From: Pseudovirgaria hyperparasitica
Taxonomy: Eukaryota
Reading direction: 5' to 3' (one strand)
DNA: 64,000 nt
Assembly (NCBI GenBank): GCA_010093815.1
Contig: ML996576.1
The translations under genes and the position numbers were made by a program. Shown here piece by piece: positions 13,211 through 26,268 of the stretch. Each line of letters starts with the position of its first letter. Position 1 is the stretch's first letter. The notes under the pieces are model-generated. The model saw only the letters and a program-made list of their open reading frames with translations, did no database searches and was not told the DNA's origin.

Positions 13211-16055
13211 CTAGTGGCTACCGGTCTTGCGGAAAGCTAGTAACTGGGCAAGGCTGTTCAGACTGCACCCAACCTTCATGAAGTCTTGAGTCATGAGCTC
13301 GCTGGCACTGGCCCGACTCTTCACATCGACGCATAAACAGACAGCCAAGAAGGCCTTGAGTTCCTTTGAGAGCTTCTCTGGCTTCTTCAGACGCGGGGTG
13401 CCGTTGGTGGCAATGAGATAGAGCGCCTTCAAAGGCTCCTCATTGAGGTACGGCGGCTCAGATTCAATCATTTCGATGGCCATGATGCCCAGGGACCAGA
13501 TGTCGACCTTGTTACCGTACTCTTTCTGCTTGACGACTTCCGGTGCCATCCAGTATGGCGTTCCCACCATGGTGGCTCTTTTACTTCGTTGCTCCGTGAG
13601 CTTGGCACAGAAACCGAAATCGGCTTCAGAAAGTCAGTCTCTACTTCTCGCATTACGCGGGTTTGGTCCACTTACTAATCTTAACGTTTCCTCTGGCATC
13701 CAGGAGGACATTGTCGCTCTTGATATCACGATGTATAATGTTCTGGTTGTGAAGATGCTCAAGACCTTTGCATGTCTAAATAGAATGTTAGCCATCACGT
13801 CGTTTCGCTGGAGGCTATTCCTTACCTCCAGACATATGGTCGCAATCTGATCTTCACTGATCGATGGATTGTTATCAATAACGTCTGTCAATGCTCCACC
13901 CTCCATGAACTCCATAACTACCCAGAGTTCTGATTGCTCTTCTTGCAGAAAAGCATCTAGGAAATTGACAATGTTCGGATGCTTGCTGTCCTTCATGACG
14001 ATGATCTCGTTGACAATCAGTTCCTTACGAGGCTGATTCCTGAGATCCATTTGCTTGATAGCGACTTGCGATCTAGGTCCGTTTTGTCTAAGAATGTCAC
14101 GAGCGGTGGGCGAAGTTGCACCCTCGCGAATTCGTGCGACATACACCGAACCAGATGCACCTTGGCCAATCTTCTTCTGCTTGTTGTAAGAATCGAGCGG
14201 CTTCTCTTTGGACACCACTTCTCGCAATTTCGCCATGACTTCGGCTTCTGACATGCTCGACATGCGGACATCTTTGCGGCTCGATGGCGGCGGCTGCTGC
14301 GGCTGCGAGTGCGACGAAAGTTGAGGTATATCCTCTTTCTTTGTGAGTGCTGCCTCAGCAGCTTTGACGGCCTGACTTTGATTGATATTTTGCGCTGTCT
14401 TCGGGGGCACGTTTAATGGCTTTGGTGCTTGCGCAGCGGGGATGCGACTCTGTCCATTTCCTTGAGTAGCACCATTCCCTGGTCTTTGCGGCGACGACTG
14501 CTGTTGCGGCGCGTATCGTGGTCCAGACGCCTGCTGCCGCGCTGCTTGTGCAGACGGAGCTGGCTTGGTTTGACCGGGCTTAGGAAAGGCATTTGCTCCA
14601 TTCTGTGTCGACGGAGCTGACGGGGCCGGTCGTTGTGCTGTCATTGGTTGTCGTAGCGATCCAGGGGACTGCTGCTGCTGTCGGGCGGCTGTCGGGGTCT
14701 GAGGAGCTGGTCGCGAAGGATTGTAACGGTCAGGGTTGCTAGCAGGGGTGTCTCCGTAACCTCCAATTTCCTGCTTTGCAAGAGGAACTTTGGTCTTCGG
14801 GAGAGAGGCGTTGTATTCGGCCAACTCTTCGCGTTCTCGTCGTTCAATTTCTTGGCGTTCGCGCTCGCGTCGCATGCGGTCTTCCTCCTCACGTCTTCTA
14901 CGACGATCTTCTTCTTGTCGAGTTGCCTCGTTCTGCTGCTGGTATGCATCCGAAGCTGCTTTCTCGTTTTGAGATGCGTATTGATTAGGTGGCGTCCGAG
15001 CATCTCCCCTGCCCGAACTATAGCTGTCTTTGCCATAGTAGCTGTCTGGTGGTGCTGGTCGTGGTGGGGCAATGCCGTTTCCGCCACTATATCCAAGCTG
15101 CTTATTAGATTCAATGGAGGAAGTTGGCGTCGAGCTAGGGTCATTGTTAGGCTTGACAAGCTTTTCGGTGTAAAATTCAAGAGCCTCCAGCACAGCTTTC
15201 GGATTCTTTGCATAGTCGTCCTTGGTAATGGCAGATGCGCTAAGTAGCCTCTCCCATTCCTGTGGCAAGCCAACAAACGCACCGCTTGTAGGGTCGAAGC
15301 CGACGTGAATTCGGTGTGTGAAGTTTGTGGGATTGCTGACTCCACCCATGCTGGGACACCGGTTATAAATCGCGTCAATCCAGCCATATACACTGTCATC
15401 ATCATCTACTTTGCAGATTAGAGACTTCGTTGGACCATCGCGAGGAGGAGACGCTCCGCTGGAAGATGGATTCGCATGACGAATGATCTCGAAGGCGAAA
15501 GGATGATCTTCGGACCGGGCAACGTTTGTAACATCGCGCAGCTGGATCGAAAATGAAACTTTGGTCGACTGGTGGCTCTTCAGAAAGTCGAGTTGGAAGT
15601 CACGAAGGACAAGCCATTTCTCTGACCAGAAGACGCTCTTCAGAATACCTTCTTCTTTGATCTTAGCGTAGCCTTGTCTAGCACCGCCATCCCCAGCACT
15701 GGAACTGCGCTCAGTCTGTGTCTTATGCAGCGAGGACGTTGAGCTGGCAGCTGAAGGTGACTGTAGGCTTAGTCCAGTCATATTTCCTGGTAAGTTGGTA
15801 ACAGAAGGCGTCAAATTGAGGCGGGGGCGATCGGTCGGAGGGCGTGGGGCAGGGCCCGGGTTCATGAATTGTTCACGAGAGTAGAGTCTGGAACGTGTAA
15901 GCAGGTTGATTGCCGCAGTCATATCTGGCACGCATAACTCCCTTTCCAGGCTGGACTTTGAAAGCTCTATAGGTAGCTTGCTTAGGCCTGTTGGGAGTTG
16001 CGAGATAGAAGTCATGAAAGAGAGGGGCGACATACGGGTTGTTCGAGTGAGACAT
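13211..16055 (-). CDS. CLA4: Cla4-type PAK Ser/Thr kinase (PH + CRIB + kinase)
   Basis: PH domain (WSEKWLVLR), CRIB ([16 protein letters not shown]), kinase motifs [24 protein letters not shown] and GTPYWMAPE; introns at 15888-16035 and two near 13.6-13.8 kb. Confidence 0.95.
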
Positions 16056-16640
16056 GATGATATGCGGTCGAAGTGTATTTATGAGTTGAATTGGTCCCGT
16101 CGCTAGGATATCTCAAGGGTGCAGCCGTTGCTGGAGCTGAACAGGGGGTCAGGTAAGAGCGCAAGCAGTGGAGTTGTTGCAATCTCAACAAGCCAAACAC
16201 GAGCTTGCACTAATAATATTTCGATAGCGGTAGAGGGAGATGGACTCTCATGTACGCTCGAACAGTGAGGGGGTAGCGTGGAGTGGTGTCTCCGTAGAGT
16301 GATTGTGTCGTAACAAAGGTTGTGAATGGTCCAGCCAGCGCTCGCTCTTCAGTTGTCCGATCAAAAGCGTCGTGGGACGCGAGTAGGCGACTTAACAAAG
16401 CTGGCGGCGAGATTAAGATGCGTAGAGCACCCAAGCATGGAGAAGGACGAGGTCGGGGGCGGCGGTGGAAGATGAGGTGGGAGAATGTTGCCTGTGAGAG
16501 AGTGTTTGGAGGGAGAAATGAATGGAGGGCAGGTTTAGCCAAGACCGGCCGTCTCATAGCGCGGGTCGCCCACATTCACCTGTGCCTAAGGTTGGGCGCG
16601 CGCTGCACAAGGTTTGTCGCTATATTAATTCTCACTATTA

Positions 16641-16690
16641 TCTGCCTTCTGCCTTCTGCCTTCTGCCTATTGCCTATTACTGCCTCTTCT
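16641..16690. repeat. Short tandem heptamer repeat (TCTGCCT)n, degenerate at the 3' end
   Basis: tctgccttctgccttctgccttctgcctattgcctattactgcct. Confidence 0.7.
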
Positions 16691-17504
16691 CCTGGTCAAA
16701 TAATACACAGCTACTGAACTCGCCAAACCACTCATTCCTGTACCTTGTAATTACCTGGCCCTAGCTCTGGCTGTTTCATTAGCAAACGTAGATTTCAGCA
16801 TTATACTTGCAGCAATGTGATGGATCCATGCCCCGCCAACACCCCTCACCGGCCGCCCGAACTATCGTCTGCCTCCGCGGCAGTAAAAATACACACTTGA
16901 GCCATCCATCATCGCAAGTCTGTTTGTATTGCAGTCGGCACGATGATCTCTTGAAAAGCCTGCAGATAGCTCATCGGCACTGCAATACTCATTGCGGAAG
17001 ATCCCACCCCACCATGCGCCCAGGAGAAGATAACGACCGGCGCACTGCGGCGCGGGACCAGTCAGGACCAGCAGAGTCACCAATTTGTTTCAAGTGTGCC
17101 CACCTCACACAGACCCCCTGAAACGCTCCCTGCCCGTGTATCAAACCAATACGTAGTATGTAGGGGCACTTGGCGTCTAGCTATGCTAAAAAAGTGCACT
17201 GTGGGATTTCCCAGACCATGTGGCATCCGGACATAGGAGACACTGTGATACTCCATCTGTAACAACGAGAGGTAGTATGTAATCCTCACTGCATGCTTGA
17301 TGGAACCTCTATTGGCACAGGCCCGTGGCCTATATCAATACTACTACTACTACCTAACTCCTCGTACCTATCCGCGCCTAAAAAGGTCCACAATACCCAA
17401 CCAGAGGGACCTTCTCATGCAATAATCGCTGATCTAATTAAATGAATAAAGCTCGACCTCTCGTAAAGACCGGACTGTACGACATAAATTCCCCTACACC
17501 TGTC

Positions 17505-19626
17505 CTAGAGGCCGTTTGCATGTCCATTCGCCGCAGGCTTGCCCATAAATTTGTCCATGTATGTAATGTAGTCATATTTGGGAAGGTCGCGGTCTTCTTG
17601 CAAATCCGGCCCCTTGTGCTCCGGCATGCTCTTCACAAGATCATCGATAATTTCTTCCGGCACAAGGGAGTGTCGCAGATCAAGTTCAGTGACGTACGGC
17701 TACATAGATTTAGTGTTTGCGGAGTCCGAGTCAAAGAGCATGCAATGACGTACCTTGCCATCAGCCACTTCCTTGAAACTTTCAAAGACCTGCTCGGCTG
17801 TGTTTTGATCCTCTGTCTCGTCGACCATGAAGCGGATGAACTGTTCAAAGGTTACGTAGTCTCGTCCGCCACTCGTCTCGAGGAACTTGTCGTGCATCTC
17901 GCCTTCGTCATACACGAGTCCAAGACTGGCCAGTGCAGCGGAGAATTCGATTTCCTGGAGTGAGTTGCTCATGTCTCGATCGAAATGCCTGAATACCGAT
18001 TCGAATTCTTCCAACTGGATCGGGGTAAGATTCGTCATATTGCGTGCCACTAATTGGTTCTCGAGGAAAACAAGCTTCTTATTGACGCTAGACTTGACCA
18101 AATTCAGTTCGTACTCTAATTCTTCGTATGTGAAGGTAGTGAAGTCGTTTTCTTCAATATTGGCTTCCTCGCACTGCTCGTCTAGGTCTGCTATCAGATC
18201 CAGATACTTGTCTAGAGGATCCAGGCTTTCTGCAAGCTTATGAGTATGGCGTGACTGATCTTCGACATCTCCTTCGAGACCGGAGATTGACGTTGACAGT
18301 GTGTTCAGAGCCAGGGCGAAGTCATTAGCCTTGTCCGCAAATGTTCTACGTAGCTTGTTCTTGATATCTCTGATCGTTTCGTTGATGGCTTGACTTCGAT
18401 GTTTTTCTGCTTTCATCAGCCCGCTCCACGCCTGTTCGAGCGCATCTATGCTCAATTCCGGTGGTGGCTCATAAGGTTTTAGCCTGTATGTGTTCAGCTT
18501 CGTCTTGATGTTGCCCAGTAGACCCGTGACGTCCTGTTTCTCTGCCACCCACGCGCGTTTCTCCTTCTTCTTGTAGCTGGACAGTGCCTGGGCCTGTTGT
18601 TTAGCGTCGAGATATGTGCCGTCGAACTTCGCTTCTTGCCAGATCTGATTTTGTTGAGCGATCTGCCTGAGCAGTTCTTTCATGCGTTTCTCGAAAGAGT
18701 TCTGCATTTCCCATGCTCCTTGCATGCTTTGTACGAATTTCTCAACCCTTCTTCCGGCATTTTCCACCTTTTCCATGTGCGAGAAGGCGTGAAACCAGTA
18801 AGCAATATACGTCATGAGCGACCGCTCGTCTGGCTTAGGGACGTCGCATACATCTTCCACGTCCAACAAATCTGGAATGCCAATCTCTTTAGCTGCAATG
18901 TCGAACGCAAGCTGCATGTTCCCCTTATGGTCGTTCTTGTCTAGGCTGTCATAGTCGATCAGGTCGGGTCTGTGTATATCCAGGAGGGCACAGAATGCCA
19001 GTCCATCATTCCAACTTGTTGAGAAGTCTCGGACGTCCACATCATCATAGCAGGCAGTCTTGCGCTGACACCACAATAGTAAACCTTCTTTCGCACTCAA
19101 GCCTTCTGAGTTAATGTCGCTAATGGTGAAGCGTAAAATTAATGTCCATATGAGGCCGAGTATGATCTTTCTGTTTCCATCTACAACATCCTCCGCACCA
19201 ATGTTGGTCATCTGTATTCCTCTTGCCCTGATAAAATCCAGGCATTTGTTGACATTCTCGAATTGCTGTACTCGAAGCTTCGGACGGGAGGCATAACGAC
19301 CGAGGGATTCATTTCCAAGTATCTCCAGAAGGTGAATGAGTATAACCTATAACGGGGGATGAGTCGCGGATCATAACGTCTGAGCAAGACGATCTGGTAT
19401 CTGTGAGACTCACCCCATCTGACAAATCTTTAACAAGGTCTTTAATGAAGACCTCTCGAGCAGTCAATTTGCTATTCAGCCTGTGGCATGGTTAGAATTA
19501 GTCTCATGTGCGTGGTCCCGCGAAGTCGTGGCGGCGTCTCCTCTTTGACCCCCGCCCGCAAGGTACCTACCATTTGGTGAACGTCTTCTGCTGCACCGTA
19601 ATCCACTGCTCTCCTTTTAGAGCCAT
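17505..19626 (-). CDS. ain1: Alpha-actinin-like actin cross-linker (2 CH domains, spectrin repeats, EF-hands)
   Basis: WITVQQKTFTKW, NIGAEDVVDGNRKIILGLIWTLILRF, WNDGLAFCAL and PDERSLMTY; EF-hand C-terminus; three introns. Confidence 0.95.
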
Positions 19627-20164
19627 TTCAATCGCTCCGGGCGAATTCTTGACTGAGGAAGAGGATCATGCAACGCCGTATGTTCGGGTAGATCCGCGAG
19701 GTAGGAAGTGGTTGCGATGCAGTTGTTTTGTTGCTTGACCGAAGACCTAAACAAATGGTACGAACGGACAACAGTGGTGCTGGTGGGTGCGGCGGTGCGG
19801 TGCTACCACTGATCCCAAGGCGGCCGGGATCGTGCCCGTAGTTTAGGGGCCTTAGCGGGTCCTTCTGCCACGGACCAAGGGGGGTGGCGATCAACAAATG
19901 GTTAATTAATCAAGTGTGAGGATAATGTGGAGGTAGAACTGTGCGTATGATGATTTGAGTGAACAACAGCTGGAAAGACGACAAAGATAATAGATTAGGT
20001 ACGATCCGATACTAATTCTGCCAGTATCGTTTCTGGCACTGACGACCCCTACATGCCGTCTCTTTCGAACCATAGGCAAAGAACATAAATCAGTCTACAA
20101 CTGTTATTCACTCCAACCGGATCATCTACCATATTGATACACAGTCCATACCATTTATTTATAT

Positions 20165-21988
20165 CTAAAAATCTAGCTCTACAAGTACTGATCGTGGCAT
20201 GGTACAACATGCCTTGATTCTGCTCCCTTCCTTATATCCGTCGCCTATACTACTCACTACTTGTCCTTGGAGCATTTGGATCTCACAGGCTCCGCAGGTG
20301 CCCTCCCTACATCCATAGTCCGGTTCAAGATTTTCCTTTTCCAATAGCTGGAGTAGCGATATTTTAGAGCTTCTCTTCCACGTGATTGTGCGCCTCGCGC
20401 GTTTCAGCACAATCTGAGATTGTTCTGGCAGCTCTTCCGTAGTGTCGAGCTGGGCTTTCGCTGAGGTATCTCTGGCAAATGATTCGGAATGGATAGATGA
20501 TTCATTCATTTTGCAGGCAAGCAAATGGTCGCGAGTCGCTGACGCGAAGGCATTTGAGCCACAAATATAAGCCACAGAGATACATCCTGCCAGCTCGATT
20601 GGGGTGATATTCAGAGGGTTGATCATGTACGAATTCCTCAACAAGTCTTCGTAGAAGACTCGACCAGGTCGACCACCGAAATCATAGTCGCGACCAAGAA
20701 CGTCTATCTCTGGACGAGGCCTGGTGAAAAAGCGAATGACTCGCAGGTTCGGAAACGAAGGGAGCTCACGCTGGAAAAGATGACCGTCGGTAGAGCCGTC
20801 ACGAGCAACATGGACGAACACTGCAGGCGTCCTAAGAAGCGTCTTATGGAGGGAATGCGCTTTGAGCATAGCTAGAAGAGGAGTAATTCCAATGCCATTG
20901 GATATGTACAGTTGCCGAGGAGGGAATTGGGGTTTCCAATCTAGCATGAATTTACCGCGTGGTGAAAGCGCACTGAGGATGACGCCTGGCACAGCATGCT
21001 CATGCATCCATAGAGAAGCCATGGCTTGTCGTTTGATGCTGAGTCGGTAGTGCGTCGGTGGCATGGACGGGTCAGTCCAGTCCGATAGTGACCATGACCG
21101 GATATCGCCAGTGGGTAATTTGACGGTAAGGAACTGACCCGGAAAGAAGTTTGCCAAGTCCAAGTTATCTGTGGCTTCAATGTAGAACGACTTAACATCT
21201 GACGATTCTTCAGTGACTGATGATATCCGTAAGTCTCGCCATCCCTGCCACGAGCCCTTTCCTTTCATCTCTTCGTCTTCGATCATGCTCAGTTTCCTCT
21301 CCAGGATTTGCCTATTCATGTTCTGTAGTACCGGGGCACTAAGGATGCGTTTTGCACGATGTTTCGTTGTTTGGTCCGCATTCGAGCTGAAGATCGTCTG
21401 TGCTATCATCGCAACCGGAATCAGCTGTCGCAACTGGCGCTGAGGTCGAACGATACGTCCCGAACTGCCAGGACCAATAGTCCCTCCTCGTATGACTTTC
21501 AGATAGACCCCACAGAGGCCTGACGCAGCGAGCTCTGCAAGCCACGCGCCTTTCTGTCCCAACCTCCAAGCTAAGCGGCTACATGGATTCCGCCCACCAC
21601 AAACCTCGAGCTGTACTCCTTGCCCGGCGAGCGTGTCCTCGAAGTCCCAGATGTCCCCAAGCATGACATCATGCTCGTTAACTCCAGGGGGAGCTTTTAT
21701 GGTTAAATTCTCCCCCCAATGCGCCCAATCCCACGCATCGCGAGCTATGCCGAGCCGAGATGTCCAGTAGTCGTAATGATCGGAAAATAAAGCGTATACT
21801 TGTGCATCATGAACAGCAGATCTATGACCTACAATACCATTGTTGGGCTCAAGACTCAAGGGCTCAGTGGAGGGTGAGCGAACAATTGCGGTCAAGGTCT
21901 TGTGGCCATGTATGTCATGATATGCCGGTTGCGACCGCGATACAGCCACAACTTGCAGCTGAGAAGCTTTGTGCTGGTCATTTGGCAT
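20165..21988 (-). CDS. MOSC-domain protein fused to FAD/NAD(P)-binding reductase and C-terminal 2Fe-2S ferredoxin
   Basis: MOSC motifs WGENLTI and GGRNPCSRL (conserved Cys), GVYLKVIRGG; FPGQFLTV, RSWSLS, SNGIGITP, YICGS; ferredoxin GCREGTCGAC...CC; intronless; start placed at MPNDQ. Confidence 0.85.
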   Translation of the reverse strand: MPNDQHKASQLQVVAVSRSQPAYHDIHGHKTLTAIVRSPSTEPLSLEPNNGIVGHRSAVHDAQVYALFSDHYDYWTSRLGIARDAWDWAHWGENLTIKAPPGVNEHDVMLGDIWDFEDTLAGQGVQLEVCGGRNPCSRLAWRLGQKGAWLAELAASGLCGVYLKVIRGGTIGPGSSGRIVRPQRQLRQLIPVAMIAQTIFSSNADQTTKHRAKRILSAPVLQNMNRQILERKLSMIEDEEMKGKGSWQGWRDLRISSVTEESSDVKSFYIEATDNLDLANFFPGQFLTVKLPTGDIRSWSLSDWTDPSMPPTHYRLSIKRQAMASLWMHEHAVPGVILSALSPRGKFMLDWKPQFPPRQLYISNGIGITPLLAMLKAHSLHKTLLRTPAVFVHVARDGSTDGHLFQRELPSFPNLRVIRFFTRPRPEIDVLGRDYDFGGRPGRVFYEDLLRNSYMINPLNITPIELAGCISVAYICGSNAFASATRDHLLACKMNESSIHSESFARDTSAKAQLDTTEELPEQSQIVLKRARRTITWKRSSKISLLQLLEKENLEPDYGCREGTCGACEIQMLQGQVVSSIGDGYKEGSRIKACCTMPRSVLVELDF

Positions 21989-22368
21989 TGGACAGGCTTG
22001 GAGTAGATTAAGACAAGCGGGTAAATTCACCGTGGGATCAAAGATGATGCTTGAGGATAACGAGATATTGGAAATATGCTCACTGTAATGCGTAGTCGGC
22101 GCCCTGGCATGTACAATTTGGGCGGCTGAGACGCTCAATGGAATTCACAGATTGACGAAGCTCATACTGCCCTTACTTTCGAAAGATCGGTATGAACGAC
22201 AGGACCTTGTCAAAACGCAATCGGAGTGCGATCCCTCGCCGTCGACCCACGCCGCTGCGGTCTCCATCGACTCAGTCATCGGTGGTAGCGATGCAACACA
22301 ATGCCTTATCTGACATTATCTGAAGGCTGGCATCAGCGTGGCTATGCTTTGTTCGTAACAACAGATGA

Positions 22369-22394
22369 TTATCGGCGAGGTTTATCGGCGAGGT
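22369..22394. promoter_or_regulatory. Tandem 13-bp repeat TTATCGGCGAGGT x2 in the divergent promoter; candidate Zn2Cys6 site
   Basis: Exact direct repeat; the same CGGCGAGGT core recurs at 25047, 38159 and 38225. Confidence 0.5.
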
Positions 22395-22834
22395 GAGTTA
22401 TTGATGAGGATGAAGCTGAGGTGAGGATGTTTCGCCTGACTAAACCAGAACTAGTCTAGATAGCTCGGATAAGTCATACTGCAGGTGGGTCTGTGCACTT
22501 AGTACGAGGGAATGTCCTACCCTGGACGTCTGACCTATTCTGAGAACGTTCCTAGCTTCAATACGCACGTGGATTAGACACAAACAAAAGAAACTCAGAA
22601 GCGAAAGCCATGAGCTTAACCAATAGATTGTCCTGCTCGGACCGGGCTAGGCACAGCCTTGCAAAGCTGCCGTACCGCAATGGGCCTGCTAGGGGAACGA
22701 ATTGGAATATAAAATAGTAAAGAAAAGTGACTTATAAGTCACGGTGTCTCTCACTTCACCGATTTTCTGTTACAGTTGTACAGCATCTCGTCAGGCAATC
22801 ATTCAAGGTTGACCCAATTCCCATCTTTTCGAAT

Positions 22835-24494
22835 ATGCGATTCAATCACTTCGTCATCGCCGTTGCATTGGCATCGGCCCGTTGCGTGCAAGGCCGTCCG
22901 AGTTCGCCGTCGGATTCTGTGTTACAGATCCTCTACTCTATACCTCAAGGCAACAACACTGAACTCAAGGGCCTTGTGCAGGAAGCACGTCCAATCATTG
23001 ATTCTATTGGCAGCCAAAAACCGCCAAACGATCAGGCACAGCGTAACGAGAATGCTTGTACAATTCTCAAAACTGTTCTGAGAGGTCACTACACCGATTC
23101 GACGAATCAAGTATCCTACGATACACTCCTTCAGAAGAACTAGTGAGTCCCACTCATATTAAGATGTGCCGTTTGCAAATACTAAGACTCATTCAAGTGC
23201 ATCCCAATGCCACCTTCCACCAGCTTGCTTTATTACACCAAACAGCAATGCTGCAGTCGCAATCACCCTCAAGATCATTGATCTTACTCAAGCGAAGTTC
23301 TCCGTCCGCTCAGGGGGACACAATGTAAATCCGGGCTGGGCAGGCGTCTCACACGGCGTGATAATCGACACGCAAGAGTTGAATACCATTCAGCTTCGTC
23401 CGGACAGATCCAGCGTACGAGTGGGCACCGGTAACCGCTTTGGTACTGTTCAGGAATACCTGGATCCATACAATGTGAGTGTGGTCTCTGGTCACACTGT
23501 CCAGCCCGGTGTGGGTGGTGTTCTTCTTGGAGGTGGGTTGCCTCTGGTGAGTACCTACACAGGGATGGGTGCCGACAACATCAAAAGCGCAGAGGTCATC
23601 ACCAGTGACAGTCGAGTTGTTATCGCCAGTGCGACAGAGAATCCTGATCTGTTCCGTGCACTCAAAGGTGGTGTCAACAACTTTGGTATAGTCACGCATT
23701 TCGAGCTTTATACTAGCAAAGTTCATGACATCTGGTTCCGCGCACTGGTATATTCATCTCTTGATCCCTTACCGGTCTTTGACGCTCTACAAAAAACCCA
23801 GGTGGCGATGGAGTCTGACGACAAAGCTGGATTGGTCTTCACGATTCTCCCTTTCGGAGGGTTCATGGTAGATTTTTTCTACGTTGAGCCTACCTATCAG
23901 CCCGAGGTATTCGCTGCGTTTGATGCTCTCACGCCAGTCTCTGCTATTCATGATGCTGTCAATGGCACTGTGTATTCAATCATGCAGAACCTGACCAACC
24001 ACCTCCCACCAGCAAATCGCTATAGCACTTCGTGCACAATCCGCGTTGATACAGATCTCTACACATCCGTGTACAACCGTTATCATGAGATGACACAGAA
24101 GTACTCAACGAATACTACGGCCTTTCAAATGGTAATGCATCCTTATGGATCGGCGACGACTCGCATCTCGAAGGAACGGGGTGGTAATGTAATGGGCGAT
24201 ATTAATGGGGCGCAAACAATTCTGACGTATGGTGCTCAATGGACTGACGACAGGGATAATGAGAAGATCTACGATATTGTAGATGAGATAACCCAAGCTA
24301 CTATCGATGAGGCGGAGCAGCGCGGGTTGGACGAAAAGTTCATCTTTGCAAATGGAGGATCGTTCACACAGAATGTCCTGGCTAGCTACGGAGAAGAGAA
24401 CCTGAAGCACATCCGCGCTGCAAGTAAGAAGTTTGACAGGAAGCAGATGTTTCAGAGCTTGCAGAATGGTGGGTTCCTGGTCAGCCGTGCATGA
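22835..24494 (+). CDS. Secreted FAD-linked oxidoreductase (BBE/VAO family)
   Basis: Signal-peptide-like MRFNHFVIAVALAS; FSVRSGGH (flavinylation His); VGGVLLGGG; LFRALKGGVNNFGIVT; intron 23143-23197. Confidence 0.9.
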
Positions 24495-25046
24495 TTGTAG
24501 TTGTACATACATAGACATCTTCCCTTATATGTTAGACCCCCTTTATTAGTCCAAATCAAACCAACTCGTCGCTCCATCTAAAAGCTTCACCAAAACATGT
24601 ACACTTGATCATCTCTAGTGCTTTCTTCGGAGTCTTCCTATTCTATCTCATTGCCAATTTTATGCTTTGTGAATTCAGCTTGTTCTATCCGGGGCTGTAG
24701 GCGTAGTCCTCATAGTTCTTCTCCTAAAGTCATGGAAGCAGCATATTCTGTACCCTGTTTTTCCACTTCCAGACGCCATGAATTCATTCAAGGTTCCTGG
24801 ACTACAGTAAGTCACGCACGGACCAATCTAGTGCCATCCATACAGAACGCCGCTGCCATGAAGCCGTAAAAGTCGTGGAACGCCTACACGAGGGCTGAGC
24901 CGTCGTGATCGTATCCCTGCATAACGCCACTGCGCCACACGTACAACATTCGGACCAATCTTTCCATTCATTGTGCGGACAGACTCGTCGGCAGGAACAT
25001 TGCATCGGCGTCTTGGCCAACCTTGAATACCCTACTGCACGTAGTC

Positions 25047-25056
25047 AACCTCGCCG
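25047..25056. promoter_or_regulatory. CGGCGAGGTT motif (reverse strand) ~105 bp upstream of the NAD(P)-binding gene
   Basis: aacctcgccg; same motif as at 22372, 22385, 38159 and 38225. Confidence 0.4.
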
Positions 25057-25160
25057 GCCTCTAAGTCTCTAGCTACACTCACATTGCTTCCTTCCAAAAC
25101 ACTTGCGCAATAGGTTTCCACCAAATCTTTCGCTGAGCTTTGCACTTCAACCCTAACAAC

Positions 25161-25984
25161 ATGGACGAAGAAACCAAGAGACCTCGTGACAGCTCAGTTC
25201 ACATCCTCCTGATTGGTGCGTCTGGCTCTGTGGGCAAGCTCGTGCTGGAACAAGCCTTAAGCAGAGGTATGTACTCCATCCCGCACCCATCTGGACTGTA
25301 CAATTCCAACAGTCCACCTGCATAGGCCACGCTGTCACAGCCCTCGTCCGGAATCCGGACTCTCTCGACTATGTTCGTGGGAAACCCGCCTCCGAGAACC
25401 TCACAGTCCTCCAAGGAACTCCGCTCAACAAAGACGACTTACAAAAGGCAATCTCGCACATCAAAACGCATCCCCGACCGGCCGTAATCGTCACACTGAA
25501 CAACACGGCCAAAAGTGCCCAGGACCCTCCTCCTCCAGGTCAATGCCCACCACATCTTCAATACGACGTCCACAAGCTTCTCCTTCCGCTCATGTCGCAG
25601 CACCAGATCAACAAATTGGTTGTGCTGCAAGCTCTGGGCGTAGGGTCTTCGTGGCCCAATCTCGCTTTGCCTATTCGCCTGGCGGTCAAGTATACGTCTG
25701 TGCACTTCAGCTGGGATGACCACGCCGACGTGGACAGGTTTGTGAAGGCCTATGGTGATGACAACGATGTGCAGGGACACATCAAGTGGGTATTGGTGCG
25801 CAGTTGCATGTTCAGCAATGGACCCGCAAAAGAGGCCCATTGCTATGGTGAGGATGGAGTAGGGTTGCCGTGGTTCCCCAGTATTTCTCGTGCAAGCGTG
25901 GCCAAGTTTCTGTTAGATTCGTGCGAGAACGATGTGTGGGACAATAAGACACCTGTGGTTGCGAACAATGCTCCAAAAAGGTAG
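25161..25984 (+). CDS. NAD(P)-binding Rossmann oxidoreductase (BVR-B/AflX-AvfA-like), 254 aa
   Basis: ILLIGASGSVGKLV...GHAVTALVRNP after intron 25267-25325; WVLVR and ISRASVAKFL. Confidence 0.8.
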
Positions 25985-26268
25985 AGATGGAGGTGGACTC
26001 CTTGGACAACTCCCATAGGTTCATATGAAGCGAAATACTGTTGACGATGTGATATGCGCATGTAATTCAAAACAGTAATATCCACTGAATATAAAAATGA
26101 CTAGCCATTCACAAACATCACGACAATAGAGCCAGGTTGCAGTTATGACATCACGAATGCGAGTGAGGGAGATGTTTGAAGTAGTGATGAAAATACTTTG
26201 AGCTGAGTCAAAACAGAGATGATAAATCTAGCAATAGTCCAACCCAACACCAGCAATGCTTACGCTTT

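Noticed and set aside
24802..25020. Cys-rich 72-aa ORF between the BBE oxidase and the NAD(P) gene
   Set aside because: Non-ATG start, overlaps promoter sequence and matches no family
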